Shown: piece after piece, positions 1 through 12,140 of the stretch
How positions within the stretch are numbered: position 1 is the stretch's first letter
How the letters are laid out: the number at the start of each line of letters is the position of its first letter
Origin: Rebecca billardiae RCC1528
Taxonomy: Eukaryota; Protista; Haptophyta
Assembly: GCA_965240325.2 (NCBI GenBank)
Contig: OZ251222.1
Span: 1,674,001-1,738,000, forward strand
Direction of reading: 5' to 3'
DNA: 64,000 nucleotides
The notes under the pieces: generated by a model
The model's database searches: none
What the model saw: only the letters and a program-made list of their open reading frames with translations
What the model was told of the DNA's origin: nothing
Program-made: the position numbers and the translations under genes

Positions 1-154
1 CTGCTGCTGATGATGAGCGACATCTACTTGGCGCCGCGGCTGCTACTACTATACAGGCTGCATATATCGTCGTCGCCGTTTGCCACTACACTATGTCTAC
101 GGGTACGGGCCCCTCCTGGCTCCTGCGTAGCGCTCAAGTGATATGCTGCGCTGT

Positions 155-3100
155 TCACCGCGACGAGGTTGCCTTGCCCTTGGACCGCTGCTTGAACGAC
201 GATGCGGGGGTGCGCTGATGCTGGCGGAAGGATCCCGCGGGCGTCTCATCGACGACCACCTGGGCTGCGCGCATCGAGAACTCCTGGAGCGCGTGCTCCT
301 CCATCCTGCGCTGCAGCGCGGGCAGCACAGCCGCGAGGAAGACGCGCTGAAGCCACTCGTCCAGCCTCACCTCGAACGGCCGCCCGTCGGGGGCCGGGCC
401 GCTCGGCACGGCGCTGCTGGCGCTGGCGCTCTTCTTTGCCGCCATGCCGGCGCGAAAGCGCTTCAGCGCGGCGAGCGGCGCGTCCTCGTCGGCCGGGTCC
501 GGCTCCACCGGCGCGCCGCCCTCGTGCGCGTCCTGCCCGAGCCCGGCGAGCGTGGCCGTGTACCGCTCGAGCACCGATGTTGTCCCCGCCTGCCGGCCGA
601 GTGGCTTCCCCGGCCTCGGCTTGGGCGGCCCGCTCGTGTGCAGCTCGCACAGCCGCGCGACGAACTCGGCGTACTCGTGGTAGGTGAGCTCGAACGCGAC
701 CATGTCGTCGAGGTCGTTCACGGGCTCCTGGTCGGCGCGCGTCTGCGTGAAGAGCGTCAGCACGTGCTGCGCGCTCAGCTGGCCGGGCGCGCCGCCCACC
801 AGCCCGCCGTCTCGCGCGATCACGAGTAGGTCGACTGCGCGGATGTGCGAGACGGGCTGCCGGCTGACGGCGAATGCGCTCTTGCCCGCGGAGGAGTAGC
901 CGCCGAAGACGAGGCGCAGCTCCGCGCCCCAGCGCGAGAGGATCGCGCGCGCCGCGGGCGTGAGCGTCGCGTGCAAGAATGGGTCCTCGGCCTTTGCGTG
1001 CAGCGGCAGGTTGGGTCCGAGCAGGGTGATGAGCATCTGCTCGAACGCGTCGGCGAGCGTGAGGTTGGCCGAGCGACCGCCGCCGCCGCGCTGCGCGTGC
1101 TTGTGCGCCGCGACGCGGATCAGCGCGCCGATGAAGTCGGGGATCGAGAGCAGCTCCTCCGCGGCGACGACGCCCTCGCCGTCATCTGCGCCGCCGCCCT
1201 CGGCCGAGCCAGGCTTTGCCAGCGTGCGCTGCCGCACTGTCTCGAGGAACGCCTTTTCGACCGTGAGCTGCGTCACGGCGGGCGGGTGCACGATCTGGCA
1301 CGAGAGGCAGAGCTGCGTGAACGCGTGCAGGCTCGCGCCCATCGCGATCGGCGGGCGCGTCGCGTCGGCCGACTGCGGCCGGTACCTGGCCCACCCCGCC
1401 GTGCGCGAGCGCGCGACCGCGACCAGCGTCTGCTGGAACACCTCGACGACCGGCGCGGACGGCACCATGTGCACCACGTCTGAGAAGATGAAGATGGACG
1501 GCGCCTGCTTCGCCGCGCGGAACGCGAAGACGCGCGCCGACTCCTCCGACGACATGGCGAGCAGCAGCGCGACCGCGTCGTACGGCTTAATCGTGCCGTC
1601 GAGCCTGCGCTCAATCTGGAAGGATTCGCTCAGCTTGTCGAAGCCGCGCCGCTCGAACTCCGCCTCCACCACCCCGCAGAACTTGCTGCGGCCGCGGCGC
1701 GCGGCGGCGCGGGCAGGGCGGCGGCGGCGGCAGCACAGCGCCGCGGTGCGCGCGGGGGCAGGGTGAGCACGCGCGCGTAAAGCGTCTCGTCGGGTGCGCG
1801 TCCCCACGGTGGGGGCGACGCGCGCGCGCCCGCGGCGCGGCGCAGGCACGCGGCATGGCACGCGCACGCGCGGCGCAGCTGCGCGGCGCTCGCGAGCACA
1901 CGCACACAAAGAACCACTTCTTGTCGCAGTTCGGGATCTCGCCGCGGCACACGCGCTTCCACAGCCCGATCAGCCCCTGCTCCTGCCCCGTGCGGATGTA
2001 CTTCATCACGGGGTCGTGCGGGTGCGCCTCGGCCATCTGCTTGAAGATGCGCATCGGCACGTCGCAGATCGCCTCGCGCCCGATCACGCGCAGCGGGATG
2101 TGCTTCTCGAGGCACCACGAGTACACGACGCGCGCGGCGTCGAGGTCGAGCTGGTTGTTCGCCGCGTTGTCCGGCGTGATCGCCTCGGGCCGGTCGTGCC
2201 CGCGCATCCGCGGCGCCGCGCCCTCGCCCTCCGCCTCGCCCCAGTGCAGCACGCACCCGCCCATCGTCGTCACCAGCGCCACCTTGCTGAAGCTGCGCGC
2301 GGCGCGGCGGCGGGGGCGGGCCACGAGGGAGGGCGCGCGTGAGGCGGGCGGTGCGCGCCGTCGGCATCCGCCCTGGCACGCGCGCGCGGCGCGGCGCGGC
2401 GCGCGCACAGCAGGTTTCCCAGCCCGGCCCGGAGCAGCGCCGCGACGTCCGAGAGAGCGGAGAGGATCACAAACGTGAGGCTCCGCGGCTGCGCGTGCAC
2501 GAGCACGTCGCGCAGCACCTCCTGCCCGTCGCGCAGCTCGTCCACGTGCACCTTGGAGAAGCCGGGGAACGAGTACTCGTGCGCGGGCGCCGTGTACGGC
2601 TTGCCCGACGGCTCGCCGATCCCGACGGGCACGTCGTAGAGCCGCTGCGAGTTGAGCAGGGCCTTTGCCAGGATGGCGCGCTGCGTCGCCACCGCCTTGG
2701 TGCCGCCGCCGTTGCACACGACCGCGACGAGCTCGCACGCGCCCTCGATGTGCAGCCGCGCGGCGATCAGCAGCGACTTGACCGCCTCGATGTTCGGCCC
2801 CGGCGCGAGCACGATCACCAGCTTGCGCGGCTGCAGGTCGTACTGCTTTCGGAGACGCGTGCGCGTGCGCTCGGCCTCACGCAGCTCCCGCGCTCGCTCG
2901 TCCGCGCGCTCGCCCGCAAGCAGGCACGCGTGGCGGAACGCGCACACGAGGAGCTGGCGGTGCTGCCACGTGACGCGGACGAGGTGCCCGCGCACCTTCT
3001 CCGCCCCCTTGGCCTGCTGCGTCGTCTCCTGCACGACCGCTCGCAGGTCGAGCGCGCCGCCGCCGGTGCGCTTGAGCTTGCCGCTCAGGCCGGGCCCGCG

Positions 3101-6097
3101 GGGCGCGGACGCCGCGGCGGCCGCGCTTGCGCCCGGGTTGAGCACGTCGTCGATCCTCAGCCGCCGCCAGGACGGCGGCACGTCGACGTGCTCGATCAAC
3201 CGGATCTCCTCGCCCAGCGTCGTCAGCTGCAGCTCGGCCGGCGGGCCGGGCGCGCCGGCGCCGTTCGCGCCGCTCACGCACAGGATGTAGGTTGTGCCTG
3301 GCTGTAGTCCGTCAATCGTCGCCTCCTCGGCATCGTCCGACTCGAGCGGCACGGCGCGCCACGCGCCGCGGCCGAAGACGAGGCTCTGCCGCGTGCTGTC
3401 CCACTCGCACACGGCGGCTGCCGCCCACAGCTCGAAGGTCACCGCCAGCTGCGCCTCCTCCTCCTCCGCCGCCGCCGCCTCGTCGTCAGAGCCCAACGAG
3501 CGACGCGAAGACCGCCCGGGCGAGCCGGCCGCCGAGCGTCGAGCCGAGAGCTCGGGCTGGCCTGGCTGCCACTTGATGCTGATGGTGTGCTTGCCCACGG
3601 CGACCACCTGCACGATGGGCGCGGGCGGGACCGGGCCGTCCGCCGCGTCCGCGCTCGCGGGGCCGCGGGCGGCGCCGCGCCAGTCGCCCACGGCGGCGCC
3701 GCCGCCGCCGCCGCCGCCGTCGTCCGCGTCCGCCGCCGCCGCGCTCGACGGGAGCGCCCACTCGCGCCTCTCGTCAAAGATGCGTCGGTCGGCGCTCTTG
3801 GCCGTGGGCACCGGCTGCCAGCGCGGCGCGCCGCCGCTCGCGCCGTGCGCGACGCCGCCGGGCGTACGCTCCTCCTCCTCCTCCTCGCCCTCGCTCTCGC
3901 CCTCACCTTCGCGCTCGGCCTCTGAGCGCGCGCTCGCACCCGCGCCCTCGTCGCCGCCGCGCCGCCTCCGCCGCCTACGCCGCGGCGAGCTCGCGGACGG
4001 CGGCAGCGTGAGCGGCCTCGCCGGCTGCGCGAACTCGCGCGCGCGCCGGATCGAGCTGAGCAGGTGCTCGTACCGCTCGGCGACGGTGTCGTCGAAGGGG
4101 TCGATCCGAAGGGCCTCGAGCAGTGACGCGCCGGCGGCGGGCCGGCGGCCGAGCCGGCCGAGCGCCTTCGAGCATTGCAGGTACCCGTCGATGTTGGACG
4201 GCTCGAGGTCGATCGCGCGCATCGCCTCGCGCGCCGCCATATCGTGCTCCGCCACCTGCCGGTGCGCCCGCCCCTTGAGCCGGTGCAGCACGGCAGACTC
4301 GCCGTCGGCGCGCTCGAGCGCACTCGCCACGTACTTGAGAGACAGGTCGAACTCGCCCGTCGCGTACGCCGCCGCGGCCTGCGCCGCCGGGTTGGCGCGG
4401 CCGCCGCTGATCACGTCGATCGCGCGCAGCGCCGCCGCCGAGCTCGCCGGCGGCAGCTCGTGCGGCGACTGCTGCTGCTGCTCCTGCGCCGCCGGCGGCG
4501 GGCCAAAAAGATGGCTACTACTACAGCTCGACGCCGCCGCCGAGACGCCCGGATGAAGGTGCTCGAGCTCGCCGCCCGCGCGGGGCGGCTTGCTGACGAA
4601 GCCCACGGCGCGCCCCTCGCCCGAGCGGCCACGGCCGCTCAGCAGCAGCTGCGGCAGCGCCGACCCCGTGCCGACTGGCGCGTGCGTGCCGCCGCCCGCC
4701 GCGCCGCGCCCGCCACCCCCTGGGAGCGCGGGCTGCGGCGCCGTCGGCCCAACCGCGTGAGAGCTCGAGACAGAGGCCAGCGCTGTCTTGGGGGAGCGGA
4801 TGGTCTGCGCGTCGGGCGCCGGGCCGAGGGTGTGCACCGGCGGCGGCGGCGCGAGGCCGCTCGTCTGGCCGCCCGCCCGCGCGCCGGGGTGTGCCGCGGG
4901 CGATGTGGGGGCGGGCAGCTGCAGCGGCGACGCGGCCAGGCTATCGCTCGCGCCGCCGCCAAGGTCTGGCCCCGAGCCCGGCGACGGGCTCACTGCCCTG
5001 GGCTGCGCCCCGGCGGCGGCCGCAGGGCCTGCGCCACCGCCGCCGTCCGCGCCCTTGCCCCTCGACGCCGGGTCCTCCTCCGAGATGGTGACCTTGAGCG
5101 CAGCGGCCGCTCCCTTGGTGGAGGTGGTCGCGCGCAGCGCCGCCGCGGCCACTGCGGCGGCGTGCGGGGACGCGGAGGACGCCTGCGCACTGCGCGGCTT
5201 GCTGCTCGGCGAGTCCGACGAGGCGGTCTCGTGCCGCCGCCGCGCCTGCAGGAACTCGTCGTGCATCTCCATCTTGCTCTCGAGGCTCATGCCGCCGTGC
5301 TTCCGCCGCTCGTGCATCGCCAGCGACATGAGCGCTTGCGAGTAGAGCCGGTCGGCGGCGGAGCCAGTCCCTCCGGCGTACACGCCGCGGCCCGCGCCGC
5401 CGTGGCGCACCTGGAGCTCGAGCTCGGTGAGCTCGTCGAGGGCGGAGTCGTCGTCGCTCTCCTCCTCGTCCTCGTCCCCCGCCGAGCCGAGCCCGTCCGC
5501 CTCGCCCCACAGCGCGTGGCTGAGCTTCTGCAGCTCGGCGGCGGTCGCCGGGCGGCGCAGGATCGGGTGCACGGCACTCTCGTCCTTCTTGGGGCCGCCC
5601 TTGGGCGGGCGCCACCTGCGCACCTTGCGCGCCTGGCGCTGCGGCGCGCTGGTCTCCTCGAGCGTGAGCTGCGCGCGGCGTGAGCGCGCGCCGAGCCCGC
5701 CACTGATGTCCATCTGCGCGACGACACCCGCAACATTGTACGCGCTCGCGGCCGCGGCGGCCTGGCCGGCGGCACCGGCCGTCGCGGACTCGGCCGCGGC
5801 GTCGAGCGTCCCGGCGGCGGCGGCGGGCGGTGGCGCAGCCGTCGACTTGCGCCGGGCGTTGGCCGCCGCCGACATCGCGAGCGCCTGCTTCATGCTCTCG
5901 CCCACGCCGCGCGGCGCGCTCGCACCCACCGCGGCGCCCTGACTGGCCGGCACAGGCGCGAGCACCGACTTGCGGCGAGCGCCCGGCCGGTCGGCCCGAG
6001 GCGCAACGCCCGCGCCATTGCGACGCGGCGGGCGCACATCGGCCGCCGCCGCGTCGTCGCCGATGGGCCCGAGCACGGCGCCCCGGCGCCGGTCCAT
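155..6097 (-). CDS. ~1868-aa multidomain protein: low-complexity N-terminus, TPR repeats, fibronectin-III domain, degenerate nucleoside-hydrolase (HopQ1/XopQ-like) domain, C-terminal EF-hand-like helical region. Three exons; introns 2293-2408 and 1686-1905
   Basis: ATG at 6097 (gcggccATGG). Two GT..CAG introns join ORFs 2270..7030, 1611..2738 and 155..1909; spliced length 5607 nt is divisible by 3. TPR-like 'AMRAIDLEPSNIDGYLQCSKAL', FN3-like 'TIDGLQPGTTYILCVSGANGAG', NH-like 'TTMGG', 'PDNAANNQLDLDAA', 'YDAVALL'. Confidence 0.75.
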
Positions 6098-6426
6098 GGC
6101 CGCCACACGGCAGCTTCGATGGTCGAAGAGCGAGTCCGTTTCACGCCCGCGCCAAGCAACTTTACGTCGGCCGTCGTTGCGTGACGGTGAATTCGGATCC
6201 TGATGAAATGTTTGGGACGGTGAGTGCGCAGCAGATGAAACGTTCTCGTCGCGCTCCAAAGACCATCCACGATGGCGCCCACCTACCTCTCTCTTTTGGC
6301 ACCCCGTCGAGGTCACAATGCTAGGTCGCGGCCTAAGGTCGTCAGCCCTCGCGCCGACGGGACGACGGCGGGCCGGCGCCATCCGTGATCCTCCGCGCTG
6401 GCTCGCCGCGCGTCCGCGCCGCGCCA

Positions 6427-9400
6427 TCACGTGCCGGCGCGCGCCGGCCGGTACGAGACGACGACGCGCCGGCAGCTGCTCGCGTTGCGGATGGCGGCGA
6501 GGAGCGGCTCGATGGCGGCGGTGGCGCGCAGCTCGGCGTCGGCGCGTGCGTCGGCGCCCGCTGTCCCGCCCGCGTCCATCGGCAGCGACCGCTGGAGCGC
6601 CGTCACCCAGAATCCAAACTGGCCACCGCCCACGTGAACGCGCGCGCGCCCGAGCGACATGAGCGCCGCATCGAGCAGCGAGGGCGCGAGGCGCGTGCGC
6701 ATGAGCGCGGCCGCGGTGCCGCGCAGCTGCGGCTGCGCCGCGACGGCGCGCCACGCCACCTCCCACGAGGGCGCGCCGCCGCCGCTGAGCATCCTGTGCG
6801 CACGTGCGCGCGCGAGCAGCCCGGGCGCCAGGTGTGCGCAGCAGCTCGCGCCGCAGCCGCCCGCGGCGTGCGTGTCGCAGCTGAGGCTGCCGCCCGCGGA
6901 CAGGTCGGAGAAGAGCACGGCGTGGCGCATGCCCAGCGAGGCACGGAGCTGCTCCGCGAGCGCGAGCGCGCGCGCGGTGCACGCGTGCAGCTCGGCACAC
7001 CGCGCGCTCGTCGGCGCGCTCGCCTTGCACCCCATCCGCTCGAGCCGAAAATGAATTCCGACAAAATCGGAATAATCATCCTCGTCATCGTCACTCGACA
7101 TCCTCCCCGGGGCGCCGCTCCGGAAGTGCGCGCGCGCGACGGCGCGCGCGAGCGCGCGCACCAGCGCCGAGGGCATGATGGCCGGCGGCACGGCGGGCGC
7201 GCGCTTGTGCGCGGGCACGCCGAGCAGCGTGCCCCACGCCCGCCTCTCCACCGCCTTGCCGAACAGGTCCCGGTGTGGGTTCAGCCAGAGGATGGTGCGC
7301 GCGCTCCGCAGCGCGCCCGTCGAGCCCAGGAGTCTCGGCAGGTCGTGCGCTTCGTCGCGCGCGATGCAGAGCACGCGCGAGATGGAGGCGCGCCCGCCGG
7401 ACTGCGCGCGCAGGTCGGCGAGCGCGAAGCGGCACAGCCCCTCGGCGCGGCCCATCGCGCTGAAGCAAGCCTCGGAGGCCGGGCCAGCGGCGCCGACATT
7501 CGCAGCCGCGGCCGGGCTGGCATCCGCGCCGCCGGGCGCGCCCTCGGCCGCACGGTCGGCCGCGCCGTCGGCCAGCACGGCCGCGCTCGTCCGGAGCCGC
7601 CGCTTGACCCGCGGCAGGCCCTCGCCCTGCGCCGCGTCGTCGCGCTCGGCGCGGCGCTCCGCCGTGCCGTCGCGCCCCGGCCCGCCCTTTTTCAAATGGC
7701 CGTGCTTTTTGATCTTTCTTATTCGGCCCGGGCCGCCGCCGCCGCCGCCATCGGGTGCGCCCGCGGCGGCCGCGTCGTCGCCGCCCGCCGTCGGCTCGGC
7801 GCGGCAGATGGCGACGTCGATGCGCAGCGTGAGCGCCGCCCACTCGGCGCGCGCGCCCGCCGCGTCAGCCGCCGCGCCGCCACGCCACGCACGCGCCGCC
7901 GCGGCCCCGTCCGCGCGGCCTACGCCCGCGGCGGCGGGCGGCAGCAGCCGAGTGGCGGCGGCGGGCAGCAGCGGCCGCGCGGCGGCGGAGAAGGCGGCGG
8001 CGGCGGTGTCGAGCGAGTAGAGCGCGCCGAGAGGGAAGGAGACGGGCGGGAGCGGCGGCTCGGCGCCGTCGGCGCCAGGCCCTCCCGCCTCCGCCCGCGC
8101 CGCGCCGCTCGCGTTCAACCCGCCGCCGCCACCCGCGCCCACCGGCCAGCCCCGCAGTAGGCACGCGCGCGCGTTGGCGTGCACATAGGGCTCGGCGACG
8201 CGCGCGCCGACGCGCGCGCCGGCCTCGACCAGCGCCGCGAGGCGGAGGAGCTGCGCGGCCATTTGCGGCGGGGCGAGGCCGTAGATGAAGACGCGCTCGG
8301 GCTGCGCCGCGCCGGCGGGCTCGGCGCGCACCTCGGCGCTAGCCGCCACCCCCAGAGCGCGCGGCGCGCGACGCGGCCGCGTCGCCGTCGGCAGCAAGTC
8401 TGCCGTGGCGAGGGCGCGCCCGCCGTCGCGCCGTGCTCGGCGCTGCCGCCGCGCCCCCCGCTGCGCCACGCGCGCCTCGCGGTCCGCTGCGCCCGCCGCT
8501 CCCCGCGCGCCGCGCACGCGCGCGCCGATCCCACCGCCCGCGCCGTCCCTCGCCACGCCGCCTCTGGCCGCACCGCCCTGCGCTGCAGGTCCGCGCTGCC
8601 CCGCGGCCGCGGGCTCGCGCCAGCAGTCAGACTCATCGCATCGCAGCTGCGGAAATGTGAAGTGGCACTTCTTGTGGCAGAAGACGTCGTTGCGCCACGC
8701 GGAGTTGTCGACCCACCGCTCCGGGCCCCGGTCGACCAGCCCGAGCGCCTTGTGCCAGTACTGCTGGTCCTGCGCACGCCGCGCGGGTTAGGGTTAGGGT
8801 TAGGGTTAGGGGTTAGGGTTAGGCCACGCCGCGCGCCCGCACAAGAGTGGCCGCGCACGCGAGCGCGTGTGCGGCAGAGAGCGCGGCGTGTGGCGCGCGC
8901 GTTTCATGTGGGAGGCCGCGGCGGCAGGCGGGGGCGGCGGGGGCGCGGCGGCGCGGCCGGGCGCGCACCGTCCACCGCCAGTACCACTGCCCGTGCGGCC
9001 CGTACGCGTACCAGTGGTGCGAGAAGTGCAGCACCTGCGCCGAGGCGAAAAAGCCCAGCCAGCCGCCGAGGAAGTTTCCGGTAAAGCCGAGCTCGTCGTC
9101 GCGCCACCAGGCCGAGGGCTCGGCGGCGGGGCGGAGGCGGCGGGCGCAGCGGCCGCTCTCGGCGCGCACGTACGCGTCTACCATGTCGCTCAGGTTGCCC
9201 GTGCACTCCGCGTCGTCGTGGTGCGGCCACGCCGTGTGCATGAAAAACGAGCGCGCGCGCCACATCTGCGCGGCCGGGCTGGCCGGCAGCCGCGCCGTCA
9301 CCGCCACGTCTGTGTCCACCTTGAGGAAGAAGTCGAAGAGGTCGAGCACGCGCAGCCGGAAGAGGTGGTGCACGTAGTAGTTGTTCGAGAGGATGTACAG

Positions 9401-10269
9401 GTAGTACATGTGGTTGCACCGCGCCGAGTGCCACTGGCGCAGCGACTGCCCCGGCGGCAGGGCGCGCACCCACGCCGGGTCGTGCAGTGTGACCACACCG
9501 ACGAGAACGTGCGACGGCCGCGGGCGCTCGGTCGTGCGGAAGGTGTAGTGCGCGTAGCCCTGCGCCCGGGGCGCAAGGGCGGCACGGGGCGCGTTCGCGT
9601 GAGCACGGGCGCTGCACACGGCGCGTGCGCGGCGCGTGCCCGTCCAGCGCACGCGCGCACGCGCGAGTGAACAGCAGACCGGACAGCGAGCCGCGCGCCA
9701 CGGTCGGCGGCACACACCTCATCTATCGCGCGGAGGCGAGCGCACGCCACGCAGGCCGGGAAGGCGTCGCACGGCGTGCGCTGCAGGCCGAGCGAGCTCG
9801 CGTACTCGTGCGCGCCGGCCTCGTCCTCCACGGTGTACCGCCTCGCCACGAGCAGCAGCAGCGTGAGGTTGAACGGCTGGAGCATGTGCCGGTGCCAGCC
9901 GCGCAGCTTGTTCCGAAGGCCGTCCGCGCGGTTGCTCTTGCCGCGAGCGCCCGCGGTGCCCGTGCCGCCGCCAGCGACGACCGCCACTACGACGCCCGGA
10001 CCAGGGCCCGTCGTGCCCCACAGCCGCGCGGGCTGGAAGCGGAAGCGCGCGCCACCGGGCGTGTCGCGAGCGCCGGCGCACTGGTGCCCTTCCGATCGCC
10101 AGTCGATGAGGGCTGCGGCGAGCGTGCGGTTGCGCACGCGCCAGTCGCCGATAGCGATGTGCTTGGACGTGTGCCGCGGGCTCTGCGCGCACTCGGGCGG
10201 CTCGGCGAGCCGCGCGGGCGCCGCCGCACACAGCGCTATGAGCGTCGCGCGCCAGCCGCTGGCCGCCAT
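6427..10269 (-). CDS. Secreted/Golgi glycosyltransferase: GT15 (KRE2/KTR alpha-1,2-mannosyltransferase)-like domain plus a C-terminal O-fucosyltransferase-like GT-B domain. Introns 9560-9717 and 8770-8968
   Basis: Signal-like N-terminus MAASGWRATLIALCAAAPA. 'FDFFLKVDTDV', 'FTGNFLGGWLGFF' and spliced 'WYWRWT|DQQYW' resemble GT15 motifs; 'DFVGIHFRLE..VLFSD..LDAALMS' resembles O-FucT. Both introns are phase 0 and join three ORFs in frame. Confidence 0.65.
8785..8823 (+). repeat. Interstitial telomeric repeat (TTAGGG) x ~6 inside intron 2 of the glycosyltransferase gene
   Basis: gggttagggttagggttagggttaggggttagggttagg read directly. Confidence 0.95.
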
Positions 10270-10307
10270 CGCGGACGGCTGCTCGCTTTCACACGATACT
10301 GTACAGT

Positions 10308-11210
10308 ATGGCGGTGTCCGTCCGCGCACGGCAGCTCGTAGCGGGCGCGTGCGCCGGCGGCTTCATCGCGTGGTACACCCAGCCATACTGGCGGCCGTGG
10401 CGCACGGTCGACCGGCGCGTGGTGGGAGCGGGCGGCGGCGTCGTCGTCGCGCGCATCCGCGAGCAGTGGCAGCCTCCGCCGATCGGATGCGTGCTGTGGC
10501 CAGCGGGCCGCGCGCTGTTGCACTGGGCGCTTGCCTCGGAGCACATCGGCCCGGACGCAGTCGTCTTGGAGATGGGCTCGGGCTGCGGGCTCACGGCCAT
10601 TGGCCTCGCGCTCGCGTCGGCGCCCGGACGTGTGTCGCGCGTCGTCGCGACCGACGCGTGCGACGCGTCGCTGCGCAACCTGTCGCACAACGTCGCCGCC
10701 AACGGCTGCGCTGATCGCGTCTCCGTCGAGCGCTGGGACATCGGCGAGGGGGCGCTGCCGCCGAGCGCCGCCGACGCGACCCACGTCCTCGGCGCGGACG
10801 TCGTGTACCACGGTGCTGCCGGCGAGCAGCTGGTGGGCGCGCTCGCGCGCCTGCTCCACGAGCGGCCTCGGCTGCACATCTTTGTGCTGCTGGTCGACCG
10901 CTTCTCAGGGGCTGGCTTCGCCGGCGTGCGCGCCGCGGCCGGGATGCCCGACGTGTCCGTCGTGCCGGCGCACCAGCTCGACCCGGAGATTGAGCGCTTC
11001 GAGCAGAGCGCCGCCGCCGCCGGCCTCGAGCTGAGGCACGAGCTGATCACCGAGCGCATGGTCGGCGATGCGGCCGCGTCGCAGTCGGCGTGGGAGCGCG
11101 TGCAGTGGTGGTTTGTTGGACACTGGGACGGCATGCGGCTGTACCGAGTGCTGCTCGCGGGCGCGGAGGACGGGGCCGATGGCCCAGGGCGGCGGCCATC
11201 GTCGTCGTAA
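10308..11210 (+). CDS. SAM-dependent methyltransferase, METTL21/family-16 lysine methyltransferase-like
   Basis: 'GCVLWPAGRALLHW', motif I 'VLEMGSGCGL', post-I 'VVATD', motif II 'VLGADVVY'. Confidence 0.85.
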   Translation: MAVSVRARQLVAGACAGGFIAWYTQPYWRPWRTVDRRVVGAGGGVVVARIREQWQPPPIGCVLWPAGRALLHWALASEHIGPDAVVLEMGSGCGLTAIGLALASAPGRVSRVVATDACDASLRNLSHNVAANGCADRVSVERWDIGEGALPPSAADATHVLGADVVYHGAAGEQLVGALARLLHERPRLHIFVLLVDRFSGAGFAGVRAAAGMPDVSVVPAHQLDPEIERFEQSAAAAGLELRHELITERMVGDAAASQSAWERVQWWFVGHWDGMRLYRVLLAGAEDGADGPGRRPSSS

Positions 11211-11426
11211 CTTGGCCCGTTCGTCAGAGCCTGCTCGTCATATCGCAGCACGCCTGAGCATTGCCGAGTGCCCGTCCGAGTGGCAAGTTAGGCAGCGGCG
11301 CACGCGGCACGGCGCTCTGCGCTGAGCGCACATCAGCCAGCACGCGGGTACCTATATCGACGATAGTCGTCATATATACAGTCGTCGTCGTATTTGTACG
11401 ACTCACTGTGATGCACCTGCTGGCAC

Positions 11427-11447
11427 ATATATATATATATATATATA

Positions 11448-11478
<31 letters not shown>
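11427..11478. repeat. (TA)n microsatellite
   Basis: Direct read; one interruption. Confidence 0.95.
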
Positions 11479-11521
11479 GTGGCTGCTACAGCAAGTTATA
11501 AATGATCGGCTACGCCGATCT

Positions 11522-11908
11522 TCATCGGGTAGTACTAACAACGAAGTTGAGGGCGCACGGCCCTACTGGTACAATAGTCGTCGCGTTCTTCACCGAATCA
11601 CGATGCGCGCGCCCGGCGCGTCGCCGTGCCTCAGGAGGCGCGGGCGCGAGTAATCGACGCCGCGACGCGGTCGACGTCAGCCTCGGGGGCTGCGCCGTGT
11701 CGAACTCGACGCGCAGTCTCAGCCGCAGCGCCTCCGCCCGGTGCGCTTCGGGCAGCCCTGCTGTGGCCGCGCGCAGCGCGGAGATCGCGCTCGGCAGCTC
11801 GCCCGTCTCAGCCTCGCACAGCCTCGCGCGCTCGGCGGGATCGGCGCAGCGTCGGACGAGCTCGCGGCGGGGAAGAGCGTCGGCGAGCAGCCGCGGCTCG
11901 AGCAGCAA
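11522..11908 (-). pseudogene. Probable decayed gene fragment
   Basis: Coding-like GC-rich helical stretch 'LLEPRLLADALPRRELVRRC..' with no ATG; the upstream region is broken by AT-rich patches. Confidence 0.25.
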
Positions 11909-12140
11909 TATAAATATAAATGTCTAACGACTGCGCATCAGCAGTAGGCGGCGTTAAATACTGAGCAGGCGGCGGCGCGGCAACATATCAAATAAGCTGG
12001 CCATCATCCGCCGATCTGGGGCCGCGCACATCATCAACACGCGCCCAAACCCCCGAACCGAATTAATCGCGCACCGTTGCTATCCCTCAGCCCGCCCTGC
12101 TATCTCAGCAGGCCGACGGCGTAGGCAATGGCAGGCAGAG

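Noticed and set aside
8785-8823. Chromosome end
   Set aside because: Only about six units, inside an intron with coding exons on both sides.
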